Below, piece by piece: positions 20,830-31,894 of a stretch of 64,000 bases of DNA. The notes under the pieces were generated by a model, which saw only the letters and a list, made by a program, of their open reading frames with translations, was not told the origin of the DNA and did not search any database. Location of the stretch: the NCBI GenBank assembly GCA_000146045.2, contig BK006936.2:96001-160000 (forward strand), written 5' to 3'. How positions within the stretch are numbered: position 1 is the first letter of the stretch; each line of letters begins with the position of its first letter. Origin of the DNA: TPA_inf: Saccharomyces. Taxonomy: Eukaryota. Both the position numbers and the translations under genes were made by a program.

Positions 20830-21292
20830 ATAACTATAACAGTACTGGCGCCTCAAAAAAATGCCTTGGCAGCGAAAGTGTCCACCTTTAGTTGTCCATT
20901 GCTACCAGGACATCACCACTGGGCCCTTCCAGCATGCTGGAAAGATTGTTCTTAGAAGAGTGCTGTTCTAAGTAACCCGGCGTTAGTAGGGGCTAAGCCT
21001 TCTAGAAGGCCGGAAAAGGCTCAGAAATGCCTGCAGTGCAAAGCTTTTCAGGAACGTTACTAGCGCAAGTCTTCTGGCTGCTGTTTAGCAACCTCTTTGC
21101 AGGTATTTCGCAGCGGGATTTCGCAGGTGTCTTGCCTAGCGTATCAACACTTAGTAGCAGTTAGGTTCTAAAGTTAAACTCCACTTCCGTTCTTCTTCGA
21201 GTTCCTTTTTGAGCGGTTTGGCCTATCTTGTCTCATCATCTTGTTAGTGTGCGACGTTATCTGTGGGTGAGAGAGGCTATTTTTGGTCCGGT

Positions 21293-21380
21293 GAAAAAAA
21301 AATTTTTTCTCTGCTGAGAGCTGAAATTTGAAAATTGAGATGAGATGCGATGCGATGAGATGCGAGACCAATGCGATGAG
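21293..21380. promoter_or_regulatory. RRPE (AAAAATTTT, about 21296..21308) plus a cluster of PAC motifs (GCGATGAG at about 21352..21359 and 21373..21380, with two degenerate copies) about 210-290 bp upstream of the TOD6 ATG.
   Basis: Read directly from the sequence. PAC = GCGATGAG(CT) and RRPE = TGAAAAATTTT are the signature elements of the ribosome-biogenesis regulon. Confidence 0.55.
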
Positions 21381-21588
21381 ACACTTTTCTACTTCCTTAC
21401 ACAGAAGTCGTGTATAGTTTTTGTACGTTGATATTAATAAAGGCTTTTCATATCATTTTGTTTTCAGGTAAACAAATCTGGCAAATCTCCACTGCTTGAG
21501 TCATTAAAACTACTCACTCAAGAAGGCATATACACGACAGTGGGTAGAGAAAAGAATATATCACTGTTCTTATTGAAGTTCCCTCGCG

Positions 21589-23166
21589 ATGACGTTGCCG
21601 AAACTCAGTAGCGTTTCTGTTTCATCAGGACATGTTAGTGCCAACTCACATGGTTTCTCAATACTAAGCAAACACCCTCACCCAAATAATCTTGTCCATT
21701 CCCACTCACTTTCTCACACAAATGCGAAGAGCCACCTGCCTATCAGTAGCACTAGCACTAAAGAGAACAGCACGAACAAGGAGGAGGCGGAATCACTCAA
21801 AAAAAACAACCCCTCTTCTTGGGACCCTAGTGATGATATCAAGCTCCGCCACCTGAAAGAGATCAAGAACTTGGGCTGGAAGGAGATTGCACATCATTTC
21901 CCAAATAGAACTCCTAACGCTTGTCAATTCAGATGGAGGAGACTGAAATCAGGCAACTTAAAGTCTAACAAGACCGCAGTTATTGACATCAATAAGCTAT
22001 TCGGCGTGTATGCGACTGGTGATGCTACCCCATCCGCGGGTACTCCGTCTGCGGAAGAAGCCGTAAAAGAGGAAGCTGTTGAGGATGAAGATATTACTGC
22101 AGGTTCTAGTGCTATCGAGGATTCTCCACCGGATTTCAAGCCATTAGTTAAGCCTAAATACATGGACAGAAAACTGATAACTCAAAGATCTACATCAACA
22201 TTTTCGGACCATGAGCCACAACACACGAAACCAAGGAAACTGTTTGTTAAGCCAAGGTCCTTCTCTCATTCTATAACAACCAACACGCCTAATGTAAAGA
22301 CTGCTCAGCAGACAAATCTAAGCCTTTATAACACTACTTCAGCAAAGACAAATAAAGCTGTTAATTCCAATGATTATGAGAATATTGGTCTTGTGCCTAA
22401 AATTATTATCAGGTCTAGAAGGAACTCCTTTATTCCTTCAACTCAAATCCCTCATTCAACGACGAAGACTAGGAAAAACTCGCATTCCGTAATTTCTTCT
22501 AGAAGATCATCTTTTAACATGATGCATTCAAGAAGATCATCCTTCAACTCTCACGCTCCTACGGAGCCTATTTCTAGAAGAGCTTCCTTGGTAGTTAGCC
22601 CGTATATGTCACCCAGAAGGTTATCTACATCGCAATCCGTTCATTATCATCCACAGCACCAATACTATCTTAACCCCATAGCGTCTCCCAACTGCAAGAC
22701 AGACCACGCAAATGACAAAATCACGCACACGAGGACTTTCTTAGATATGCAAAAATTCGCTAATAAACACCCGTGGTCTAGAGAAGATGATGAAGTGCTA
22801 CTTAACAATACGAAGGACAAACAAAACCATTTGTCGCCGCTAGAAATTTCTATTGTTCTGCCTAATAATAGATCCGAGTTGGAAATCCAACAAAGAATGG
22901 ATTATTTAAAGAGAAAAGGACGTGTAAGTGGTTTTCATACAAATGAAGGATGCAAAGACGAGGAGGAGGAGGATGACATTGACCCACTGCACAAGGAGAA
23001 TGGCATTAACACGCCATCGCAGCAATCGCAAAATTACGGTATGTTAGAGGCTAAACATGATAATCCAAAGTCTAGTGAGCTTTCTTCTATGACCAGCGCA
23101 AATGACATACGCAATGAGCAAGATGAACTTCCAGGTATAAATTCTATCTTTAAAAATATATTTTAA
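21589..23166 (+). CDS. TOD6: Myb/SANT-domain PAC-motif-binding transcriptional repressor, 525 aa.
   Basis: Single Myb-like repeat (WDPSDDIKLRHLKEIKNLGWKEIAHHFPNRTPNACQFRWRRL). S/T/N-rich low-complexity flanks. Confidence 0.92.
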   Translation: MTLPKLSSVSVSSGHVSANSHGFSILSKHPHPNNLVHSHSLSHTNAKSHLPISSTSTKENSTNKEEAESLKKNNPSSWDPSDDIKLRHLKEIKNLGWKEIAHHFPNRTPNACQFRWRRLKSGNLKSNKTAVIDINKLFGVYATGDATPSAGTPSAEEAVKEEAVEDEDITAGSSAIEDSPPDFKPLVKPKYMDRKLITQRSTSTFSDHEPQHTKPRKLFVKPRSFSHSITTNTPNVKTAQQTNLSLYNTTSAKTNKAVNSNDYENIGLVPKIIIRSRRNSFIPSTQIPHSTTKTRKNSHSVISSRRSSFNMMHSRRSSFNSHAPTEPISRRASLVVSPYMSPRRLSTSQSVHYHPQHQYYLNPIASPNCKTDHANDKITHTRTFLDMQKFANKHPWSREDDEVLLNNTKDKQNHLSPLEISIVLPNNRSELEIQQRMDYLKRKGRVSGFHTNEGCKDEEEEDDIDPLHKENGINTPSQQSQNYGMLEAKHDNPKSSELSSMTSANDIRNEQDELPGINSIFKNIF

Positions 23167-23322
23167 GCTAAGAGACGAATTTAGTTTGTTTTGACTATTC
23201 GTTTAATGAGTACAAATTAATCGCACCCACACATGTACACACACACATATATATCTTTATATATACACATAAAATTTATTCGTAGGAGAATTCTGTAATA
23301 CTATTGACTACAAGGGTTCTTA

Positions 23323-23709
23323 TTGCTATTAATAATGTTACATGTATATGCTTATATCCAATATATACCCATCGCCGCTTATTCTTCGTCATCCTCTATT
23401 AGAGTTATTTTTCTTCTTTTTCTGACTCTCTCCTTCCTTATGTGGCTTTCTATATCGTTTTCATCCTGCTCTTGTCCTTTTCTCTTCCCATCCTCATCAT
23501 CATCACTGTCTTCTTCATATGTGTCTTCCTCCTCATCATTTTCTTCTGATATTTGCTCATCCTCAATGTCATCATCAAGGGTAAAGTCTTCGTCTTCGTC
23601 TTCATCTTCTTTGGCGTTTTCACCTACATATAATTCAGTATCTACATCGTTTTCTACTTCATCCTGCTCTAAACTTGATATTCCAGTATCGTTTCTCCTA
23701 GCTGCATGA
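23323..23709 (+). other. YBL053W: Dubious ORF antisense to the SAS3 3' end (YBL053W-like).
   Basis: Ser-rich low-complexity translation, opposite the acidic tail of SAS3. Confidence 0.2.
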
Positions 23710-25874
23710 TTTCCAAGTGGTGTTTCGGAGTTTTTAATAGTGAAGCAGAGCTCCCAATGAGTTTCTGTACTAAATTTTGATCTTGGTATCCCTTTGCGAT
23801 CATGGATGCTTTCCAGCACTCTTTTTTCCGCTTGATAGATTAATCTATCATTATTTGTGTTCTTATAATCACACATATACTCTGTTAAGGAGGAAACAGT
23901 GTCTTCAAAAAAATCAGTAGCAGGTACTTCCGGTTCTATGATATTGTTTACATGAAGCTTGGATGTTTTGTGCTCACTACTTCTTCTTCTTCTTCTTCTG
24001 CGTTTATTATGTGCTCTACTGTTGTTATAGTTTTCTATATGTGTGTTATTCGAAATTACCGGAGCCATAGTTTCATTTGTAAGAGCTTCGTCCGCTAATG
24101 CGGTGGGTTCTAAGTTCATCATCCCATTTATACCAAATGACGGCCCTAATATAATAGGTTCCCACAATAGTTTGTCATATTTGACGCGAGGATAGTTTTT
24201 TGAGCTCCAAGTTTTGTAAATATTTTCAATCCTGTTCCAAGAATCGATTTTAATAATATAGTTGAAATCATCCAAACTGGATAATGAGCGTGTTTTATGG
24301 CGATACAAAACTTGAAGTTGTTCCAATCCAAACACAACGTCTGTTGGTATCATTCCTGTTAGTTTAGCGATATCGTTTAGGCTAACCTGCTGAAAAGTAT
24401 CTTCATTTTTATTATTTGATCGACGTCTAGCACTGTCTCTTAATTTTAATAGCACTTCAGCACATTTTATCTTCCAAAACGTTCTGTAAGTCAATAATCC
24501 TAAATCCGACAATGGTTTTTCAGGAGTTCCAAATTTTGACTCCTTTCTGGATAATAAATATGAAAATTCCATCAAAAACTGACCATATCCTTTCCTCTGG
24601 TATATGGGTAGAGTTAAAATACAACTTAGGTTATAGTCATTGGAGTTGAATTTTTCCTTGGAGAAATAGCCTACGAAATGGAATTTGGCTGCGTTTTGAT
24701 AGGGATGGTTCTCTGTATCCTCTCTCTCCGTTAGAATATAGAATATAAACGGTTCAACATCGTAATACAAAGTCTTAGAATTGATAAAACATTTTGCCAA
24801 CAGGCAAAGATTTTGACAATACAAGACATTCTCCCGCCCATCAATTTCCCAAACAGACAGCTTACCGTCGCGATAAATTTCATTTCCGGGGGGCTTAAAA
24901 GTTAGACACTTTAGTTGGTGTCTATAAAAAGTATATCGAGAAGTCATATATTTTAGGCAGAACTCACATATAAAAACCATTTTATTTTGGTTGATGTGTT
25001 CCGGAAAAGGAGATGTATACCAAGGTTTAATTTCATAATTTCGAAGAACAATGTATTCTATCTGGGAAAACCACACTTTATTTTTGATTCTTGGTACTTT
25101 CCCTTTCCTTTTTTTCCTATCTTCGTTTTCTTGATCGGTTTCATTATGATTGCAAAGTGATACGTTACCATTAATGTACGTTGCAGACTTAGAGTTTTCT
25201 AAAAATGTAAGAAACTTTATTTTATCTTCCCAGGTGGGTAAAGTTCTTTTTGTACTGAAATCTTTCATTTTTTTTATTGTTCCGCCGTATGGTACGTACC
25301 ATTGCCAAGAATCGTTATCCCTGAATGGCGTATTATCAGAAGAATATGGGTACTCCATGTTTTCGGTTGCTAGATCCCATGTTTGCTTTAACCTGTTAAC
25401 TCTTCTTTGAAACCCGATTAGAGGACCGGATGATGTTATATTTTTGTTAACTAAAGGTGCTATGACTGAAGATTTAGATATTAGTCTTTCAAAATTGAAA
25501 AATTTGATAGAATCATACTTAATTCTAACCTTCAACTCCTCGCTGACTTCAATATTAGGTTCAATAATGGGGAAACTTACTGCTCCCATCTTATTGTCCC
25601 TATTAACGATATTTTGAGAAGAATTTTCTGACGCAAGTTTGGACTGCTGGGAAATCAACCCTTTTTTTATTTTATTAAGGCCTTTATCAGACCGAACACT
25701 TCCTCTTATTCGATGTGATATACTGGCATCGGAGTTGAATAGTCGTCTTGTAGTTCTATGTCCATTTGTATCGCTTCTGACAAATTGAGAATGTATCAGA
25801 TCATCGATCTCTAAGTTTTTCAATAATGCATTTTTTTTGGGTTTTGGCGATTCGTCGTTTGCTGTTAATGACAT
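23379..25874 (-). CDS. SAS3: MYST-family histone acetyltransferase (NuA3 catalytic subunit), 831 aa. ATG at 25874.
   Basis: MYST acetyl-CoA binding motif ([20 protein letters not shown]), C2HC zinc finger, and a poly-Arg plus D/E-rich C-terminal tail. Confidence 0.92.
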
Positions 25875-26598
25875 TATCTGCAAATTATACGGAGACTAAT
25901 TAATGAAGAAGGAAGAAGAGAGAGGGCGGTATGAATAACACCTATGAGAAAAGAATAGCAATGCTTTTCCTTTTTTACCTTTTATATTCGTTCTTTCTTC
26001 TTTTGCCTCTTTTAATATGCTTTGTTTCTGTGCTATTTTCCCGACTCTTTATTTCAAACAATGAAGCCCCCAATTAATCAAGAACCACCAAAATAGCATG
26101 TCAGTTGAACACTCAACGACTAAAAAAACGAATAATTTCTTGTTCAATTGGCCTGAACGTTTGACTATGAAACTTTCTGCTCTTCTCTGATCATTGTAAA
26201 CAAAGAAATGTCAATAAATTATTGTTACCCGACTTTCTATATACTACAAATACCGCCAATGATGCAGTGAGCAAGATATCAATTAATGCAAAAACAATAT
26301 CGAGTAAGGTAGAAACATCTCTGTGATTAAACATCGTACATATAAATACCATATATAAAAGTATGTGGGAAAAGAACGTTCAAAAAAAAAAAGTAAGTAG
26401 TAGGTTAAAAATAAAATCTCAAAAGAGGGAAAAAAAAAAAAGAGGGATAATTTTGGCTTGATTACATTGCGTTACTTAAAGTAGCCTCATCATTCATTCA
26501 TTATCATCGTTTCATCGACATTAGGTGACGTTTCTCAGTAAAAATTAACTTCATCATGATCATTAATTTCATATTCATATTCGGTTATTTTTTTTTTT

Positions 26599-26609
26599 TT
26601 TTATATTTT
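26599..26609 (+). other. Perfect 11/11 match to the ARS consensus sequence (TTTTATATTTT) inside a T-rich block of the SAS3/PIN4 intergenic region. This is a candidate only.
   Basis: Matches WTTTAYRTTTW. Lies in an 880-bp AT-rich intergenic region. ACS matches alone are poorly predictive. Confidence 0.15.
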
Positions 26610-26752
26610 TTTTCAATGGTGTTTTTGATGGTTTTTATTATATATATATATTTTTTTATCTTTTATCTTGTGTAAGCACCCCTCATTACTTGTATCGTGC
26701 GATATACAAATACCAAACAAACTCTATAATCATAGAATAATGGAAGTATATA

Positions 26753-28759
26753 TTACCATAGATTCTTCTTGTTTTGGTTTTGTAAATCCAGTCCGCTTAA
26801 AGAACGATTCAAGCCCTGTTCCAAGCCATCATCTAGTCCAGAGTGACTCAAAGATTTATAGATCAAGTCGGCACTATTCAAATTGTGTGCGGACAACATG
26901 GACTCATCGTGATAAGACTGATATGAGAAATTAGAATGTACTGAGCCATTTGTGTGCTGTGGAAGCAGTTGGGACTGTGAGTTTGCTGAAGATGGGCCGT
27001 TAAGGTTGTACAACTGCTGGGAAGACAATGAAGCATTTTGGTATGCCACTGGTACCCGTTGTTGAGTTTGGGACTGTGCTGGTGGTTGCGCTTGGGATAG
27101 GGTTTGGCTGTTGATTGGGATTTGTGAATTTGGAGGTGAAATTTGAGAATTTCTCAGTAAGGGATTAACGGAATTGATTTGATAATGGTTGGCAGAATAA
27201 CCGGATGGAATTCTTGAGGATGGTGTTAAAGTAGCTTGTTGTCTTAAAAAAGATTGTTGTTGTTGCGCAGCTGACTGAACATTTTGCTGTGTTTGTGGTT
27301 GAGGTTGTTGCGGTTGGTCTGCGGAATTGTATTGAGAACTATGGTGTATGTTCATTTTAGGTGAGGTTAGTGTTGGTTGCATGGAGAATTGTCCCTGTGA
27401 AGAAATTTTTGGTGTTGAGCTGGCGCTATTGTTATTAATGATGACATTGTTACCGTTACCGTTATTACTGTTAATAGTATTGCTGTTGGAAGAATTGTTA
27501 ACGGCCTGATTGCTAATACTATTCGCTGCAGCTGCTGCATGGGCCTGTAACAAACTTGTATAAGATTGTGACCTATTCATGGAGCCGCCAGTGGAGTTTG
27601 GCTGCAAAGGATGAGCAGATGTCATTTGACCTTGTTGTTGCAAATGAGATTGTAAATTAGCATGATCCAGAATCTTTCTTCTGATAATAATAAATCTTGG
27701 ATCATATACTTCTACTAGCCCTAAGTACGAGCACAAAACATTGATAATTCTCTTGTGGGAAGCGGATATACCCATGGGATAAGCCAACTCGTAATAATAC
27801 TTTTCTCTATCCTTAAATAACAATAATTGGGAATAAATTTCCAAAGTGTCAGGGTCATTGAAGTCCAGTTGTTGGGGTGGGAGAGGCAAAGTGGAAGTTG
27901 ATGGTAAAGGCGCATAAAATCTCTCAGTGGACATCTGGGCTTGATTATTAACGTTTGTTTGGTACAACGATGAAGAAGTATGTTGGGCAGAAAGTGAAGG
28001 TTGGTTCAGAATGATGTTACCACTATTGTTGTTATTAGAACTGTTATTGTTAATGGTATTATTCATTGGACTGTTCATCATGCTATTAGCATTAATGCCG
28101 TTCATTAGAGTCGAGAATAATTGATTGTTAGAAGTATTATTGTTTCCGCTTCCACTCATTTTAGATAAAGAATCCAAAGAAAGATTAGATGACGATCTGT
28201 GTTGTTCTTCTAATTGTCCTCTTTTCTCTCTCTTCTCCCTCTCGATTCTTTCTCTTTCAGCTTGGGGAAGCATTTTTTTATATTCCACTTTCAATTTCCT
28301 CCCGCTGATTTCCTTTCCATTCAAAGAAGTTATCACTTGAGTAGTTTCTTCAGGAGTGGTGAAATTCGCAAAGGCTAGTCCTCTGAAAATACCGTTATCA
28401 AAGTGGTAATTGAAGGCATAAGGAAGGGGAAGATCCATTTCTTCAATAATGTCTAACAATTGCTCTTTTTTAATAGCAAACGGAATGTTTTTAATAACAA
28501 TAGCATTTGGGATAACATCATCGTCCAAAGCACCATTGGTGGGGGCATTATTCAAATTTGTAGAAGAAACGTTTTGTTCGGCATTTTTTGCAGAGTTCTC
28601 ACCAGTTTCCGTTTGCACACCGTTTTCTTTGTCAATTGCATCTCTAGTTTCGATAGATTGCTGATTTGTTTCCTGGTCATTAGTCTCCGTATTTATATTA
28701 TTATCCTGAGCATCATTGATGGCTGCAGGAGGAGCATTCTCAAAAGAACTGGTCTCCAT
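26753..28759 (-). CDS. PIN4: RRM-containing protein with a long N/Q/S-rich prion-like region, 668 aa.
   Basis: Single RRM (AIVIKNIPFAIKKEQLLDII...GLAFANF) followed by about 450 aa of N/Q/S-rich low complexity. Confidence 0.92.
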   Translation of the reverse strand: METSSFENAPPAAINDAQDNNINTETNDQETNQQSIETRDAIDKENGVQTETGENSAKNAEQNVSSTNLNNAPTNGALDDDVIPNAIVIKNIPFAIKKEQLLDIIEEMDLPLPYAFNYHFDNGIFRGLAFANFTTPEETTQVITSLNGKEISGRKLKVEYKKMLPQAERERIEREKREKRGQLEEQHRSSSNLSLDSLSKMSGSGNNNTSNNQLFSTLMNGINANSMMNSPMNNTINNNSSNNNNSGNIILNQPSLSAQHTSSSLYQTNVNNQAQMSTERFYAPLPSTSTLPLPPQQLDFNDPDTLEIYSQLLLFKDREKYYYELAYPMGISASHKRIINVLCSYLGLVEVYDPRFIIIRRKILDHANLQSHLQQQGQMTSAHPLQPNSTGGSMNRSQSYTSLLQAHAAAAANSISNQAVNNSSNSNTINSNNGNGNNVIINNNSASSTPKISSQGQFSMQPTLTSPKMNIHHSSQYNSADQPQQPQPQTQQNVQSAAQQQQSFLRQQATLTPSSRIPSGYSANHYQINSVNPLLRNSQISPPNSQIPINSQTLSQAQPPAQSQTQQRVPVAYQNASLSSQQLYNLNGPSSANSQSQLLPQHTNGSVHSNFSYQSYHDESMLSAHNLNSADLIYKSLSHSGLDDGLEQGLNRSLSGLDLQNQNKKNLW

Positions 28760-29124
28760 TTCTTATTGTTGTTGAACACGCTTTCCCTAGTCTGTAGCCT
28801 GCCTCTATGAGTACTATATCACACTTCTTCTTGCGCTAATCTCCAAAGACCTGCTGGTAATCTCAGCTGAAAGGCTGCCTTTAATTGTTATTCTTTTCCA
28901 GGAAAAAATCGCAAAGTTGCAGCATCCGTGTTTCGTGACATCATTGAAGGTTACCCTAATCTATTACCTCGGATTAACTTGAATTAATAAGGACACACAG
29001 GTATAGGGAAGGTAAAGTTGAAGTAATGATAAGAAGTGGGCAGCACCGAAGCAGTTTATCTGAACTAACTTCTGTACGACTCGAGAATATAGTAAGAACA
29101 CCATCATTAACCTGAAAGTTAAAA

Positions 29125-30119
29125 ATGTCAGACCCTGTAGAGTTATTGAAAAGAGTATGTAGTAGGGAAATATATCAAAGGAACAAAATGAAAGCTATGT
29201 GATTCCGTAATTTACGAAGGCAAATTACTAACATTGAAATACGGGAATTGATATTTCCCGTTGTGTTAAGGCTGAGAAGAAGGGTGTTCCTTCATCGGGT
29301 TTCATGAAATTGTTTAGCGGTTCTGATTCATACAAGTTTGAGGAGGCTGCTGATCTTTGTGTCCAAGCAGCCACCATTTACCGTCTAAGAAAAGAGTTAA
29401 ACTTGGCAGGAGACTCGTTTTTGAAAGCTGCTGACTATCAGAAAAAGGCTGGTAATGAAGACGAAGCAGGAAATACCTACGTAGAGGCTTATAAATGCTT
29501 TAAAAGCGGTGGAAACTCTGTGAACGCCGTGGATTCATTAGAAAATGCTATTCAAATTTTTACTCATAGGGGGCAGTTCCGGAGAGGTGCTAATTTCAAG
29601 TTTGAGCTTGGAGAAATTCTAGAAAATGATTTGCATGACTATGCAAAAGCTATAGATTGCTATGAGCTCGCTGGTGAGTGGTATGCCCAAGACCAGTCGG
29701 TAGCATTATCGAATAAGTGTTTTATCAAATGCGCAGATCTAAAGGCTCTTGACGGTCAATATATTGAAGCAAGTGATATATATTCGAAGTTGATCAAGAG
29801 CAGCATGGGCAATAGATTGAGCCAATGGAGTTTGAAGGATTACTTCCTAAAAAAAGGGCTTTGTCAGCTAGCTGCTACTGATGCAGTCGCTGCTGCAAGA
29901 ACTTTACAAGAGGGTCAAAGTGAAGATCCGAATTTTGCGGATTCAAGGGAGTCAAATTTCTTGAAAAGTTTAATCGATGCTGTTAATGAAGGTGATAGCG
30001 AGCAGCTAAGCGAACACTGTAAGGAGTTTGACAATTTTATGAGACTAGATAAATGGAAAATTACCATTTTGAATAAAATTAAGGAGTCCATCCAGCAACA
30101 AGAAGATGATTTGTTATGA
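29125..30119 (+). CDS. SEC17: Alpha-SNAP, 292 aa, spliced: exon 1 is 29125..29154 ([10 protein letters not shown]), the intron is 29155..29270, and exon 2 is 29271..30119.
   Basis: GTATGT immediately follows codon 10. The branch point TACTAAC is at about 29226..29232 and the acceptor AAG is at 29268-29270. Exon 2 continues [15 protein letters not shown]..., with TPR-like alpha-SNAP repeats. Confidence 0.9.
29155..29270 (+). other. SEC17: Spliceosomal intron of SEC17.
   Basis: GTATGT...TACTAAC...AG. Joining restores the full alpha-SNAP N-terminus. Confidence 0.88.
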
Positions 30120-30827
30120 ACGGCATATACTTACGCGCACATACATATATACATATATATTATAAATGTAACACTTGTTTTACCCGAAACGGCGAAGTAA
30201 TTGTGTACCGCCGTGCACCTTTTCCTCGAGATAAACATATAGCGATGACTTAGAGAACAAAGTAGTATTAGTATCATATACTTCCAACGTTAATCAAGCG
30301 CAATAAACCTTTGTTCGTGTGTTTCAAAGTTATTGCAAGAGCGAAGTTGAAGCCATCTTTTCACGAGAAGTTAGCTGTGGTTCGAGTCTGTCGCACGCCG
30401 TGTAATGTAAGGATCTTCCCTTAGCTTTTCTGATCCGGAGCCCTTGAGGGATATTACGCATCGCGTATCTTCATACGATTACTGTACTTTGCTGACTTGC
30501 ATTCTTGATATTGGGCTATAGTTGGCACTTCGCTCGTTTCTTTTCTTTCGTTATATAACGTAACCTTTTTTTTTTTAACTTCCTTATCCTGCCCCTTATC
30601 ACTCTGAACCCCATAGATAAACAAAGACAGAACTCTGTCCTACTTTATCTATTACTAAACTCAACACATTACAGCCCAATATTATAAATACGTTCTTCTT
30701 CGTTACAAGAATAGGCGAGGTTGTACGAACTGCAAACTAGCTGCAAATTAATTGTAACACTTAAGTGGAGAGCAGAGAGTAGCAGCACTGAAGGAAAAGG
30801 GAGAAGCTTATCTTACTGTAGAAGAAA

Positions 30828-31244
30828 ATGGGATTGCGTTACTCCATATATATTGAAAATCCGTTATCTTCCCCATCATCATCGTATAAATCAATAAACG
30901 ACCCGTTATTCCACTCTCAGCATCGATCGCAAAAAAACGTGAGCTTCATCACCTACGGTTGTAGACATTGCAAGACACATCTTTCCAGTTCCTTCCAGAT
31001 TATTTCTAGAGATTATAGGGGTAGGACCGGAACTGCTTATTTAATGAACAAAGTTGTTAATGTCGTTGAAGGAAAGGTCGAGCAACGAAGAATGTTGACT
31101 GGCGACTACTTAGTCTGTGATATTCTTTGTCATTGGTGCAAGAGGAACGTAGGTTGGAAATACTTGCAGAGCAGCAATGATGATCAGCAGTATAAGGAAG
31201 GAAAGTTTATCTTAGAGCTGAAAAACATTTGTAAATGTACTTGA
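30828..31244 (+). CDS. MOH1: Yippee-like zinc-binding protein, 138 aa.
   Basis: Yippee family paired CxxC motifs (CRHCKTH...[12 protein letters not shown]). Confidence 0.88.
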
Positions 31245-31298
31245 TGTCTTCCTTTGTCTGCTATCTAGCACCTCTCGTCTTTTAGTGCTTTTTAGCGT

Positions 31299-31610
31299 AT
31301 GATTCTTTTTAAGAATCTGGTCTTTCTTCCTTCTATTTTGATTGGGTATATTTCTATTCGTGTTTCATTACTGGTCTGGGTTAATTGGGTTTTGGTTTGG
31401 TCCAGTTGTTTTCAAGTAGCCTTTATTTTTTCATTGTGGTATTTTATCTTATCGATTTATACTTTTTTTTATTCAAAGAAAATTAAACAGATAATCTCTT
31501 ATGAGCCTAGCTACTTTGTTTTTTCTTACAGGGCCATTGACTTATGCCCTGAACGAGTCTTACTTTACTTTTTTTGTATTTTCAATAATGTCGTGTTTCC
31601 CATGTTGTAA
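31299..31610 (+). other. RRT1: Dubious hydrophobic ORF (YBL048W/RRT1-like), 103 codons, in the MOH1/EDE1 convergent intergenic region.
   Basis: Highly hydrophobic, F/L/I/V-rich translation typical of an AT/T-rich non-coding region. Confidence 0.25.
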
Positions 31611-31894
31611 TACGCCCAAAGATTATGTGGTAGAGCTTTTTTTTTTTTTGGTTAGTGTATTTACCAAACTGGGATGATTTTCAAAACTTATGAAGCAGTT
31701 TCAATACATAACTGTCTAACGTAAAAATTTTATAAAATGGAAAAATAGATGATGATAACTATAACAATTTTAAAGTACAACATATTCTACTTTTAGAATA
31801 ATTCACAATATACAAGGACGATCCTGGAAAAGGGTAAATATGATTCAGCTTCGAGGAAGAAGTACAAAAAGAAGACGAAATGGTCCATTACAGA

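Noticed and set aside
30340-30420. GGTTCGAGTC, a tRNA T-loop (B-box)-like sequence in the SEC17/MOH1 intergenic region
   Set aside because: The flanking sequence cannot form a T-stem, an acceptor stem or an A-box. It is most likely a chance match within the SEC17 3' UTR.
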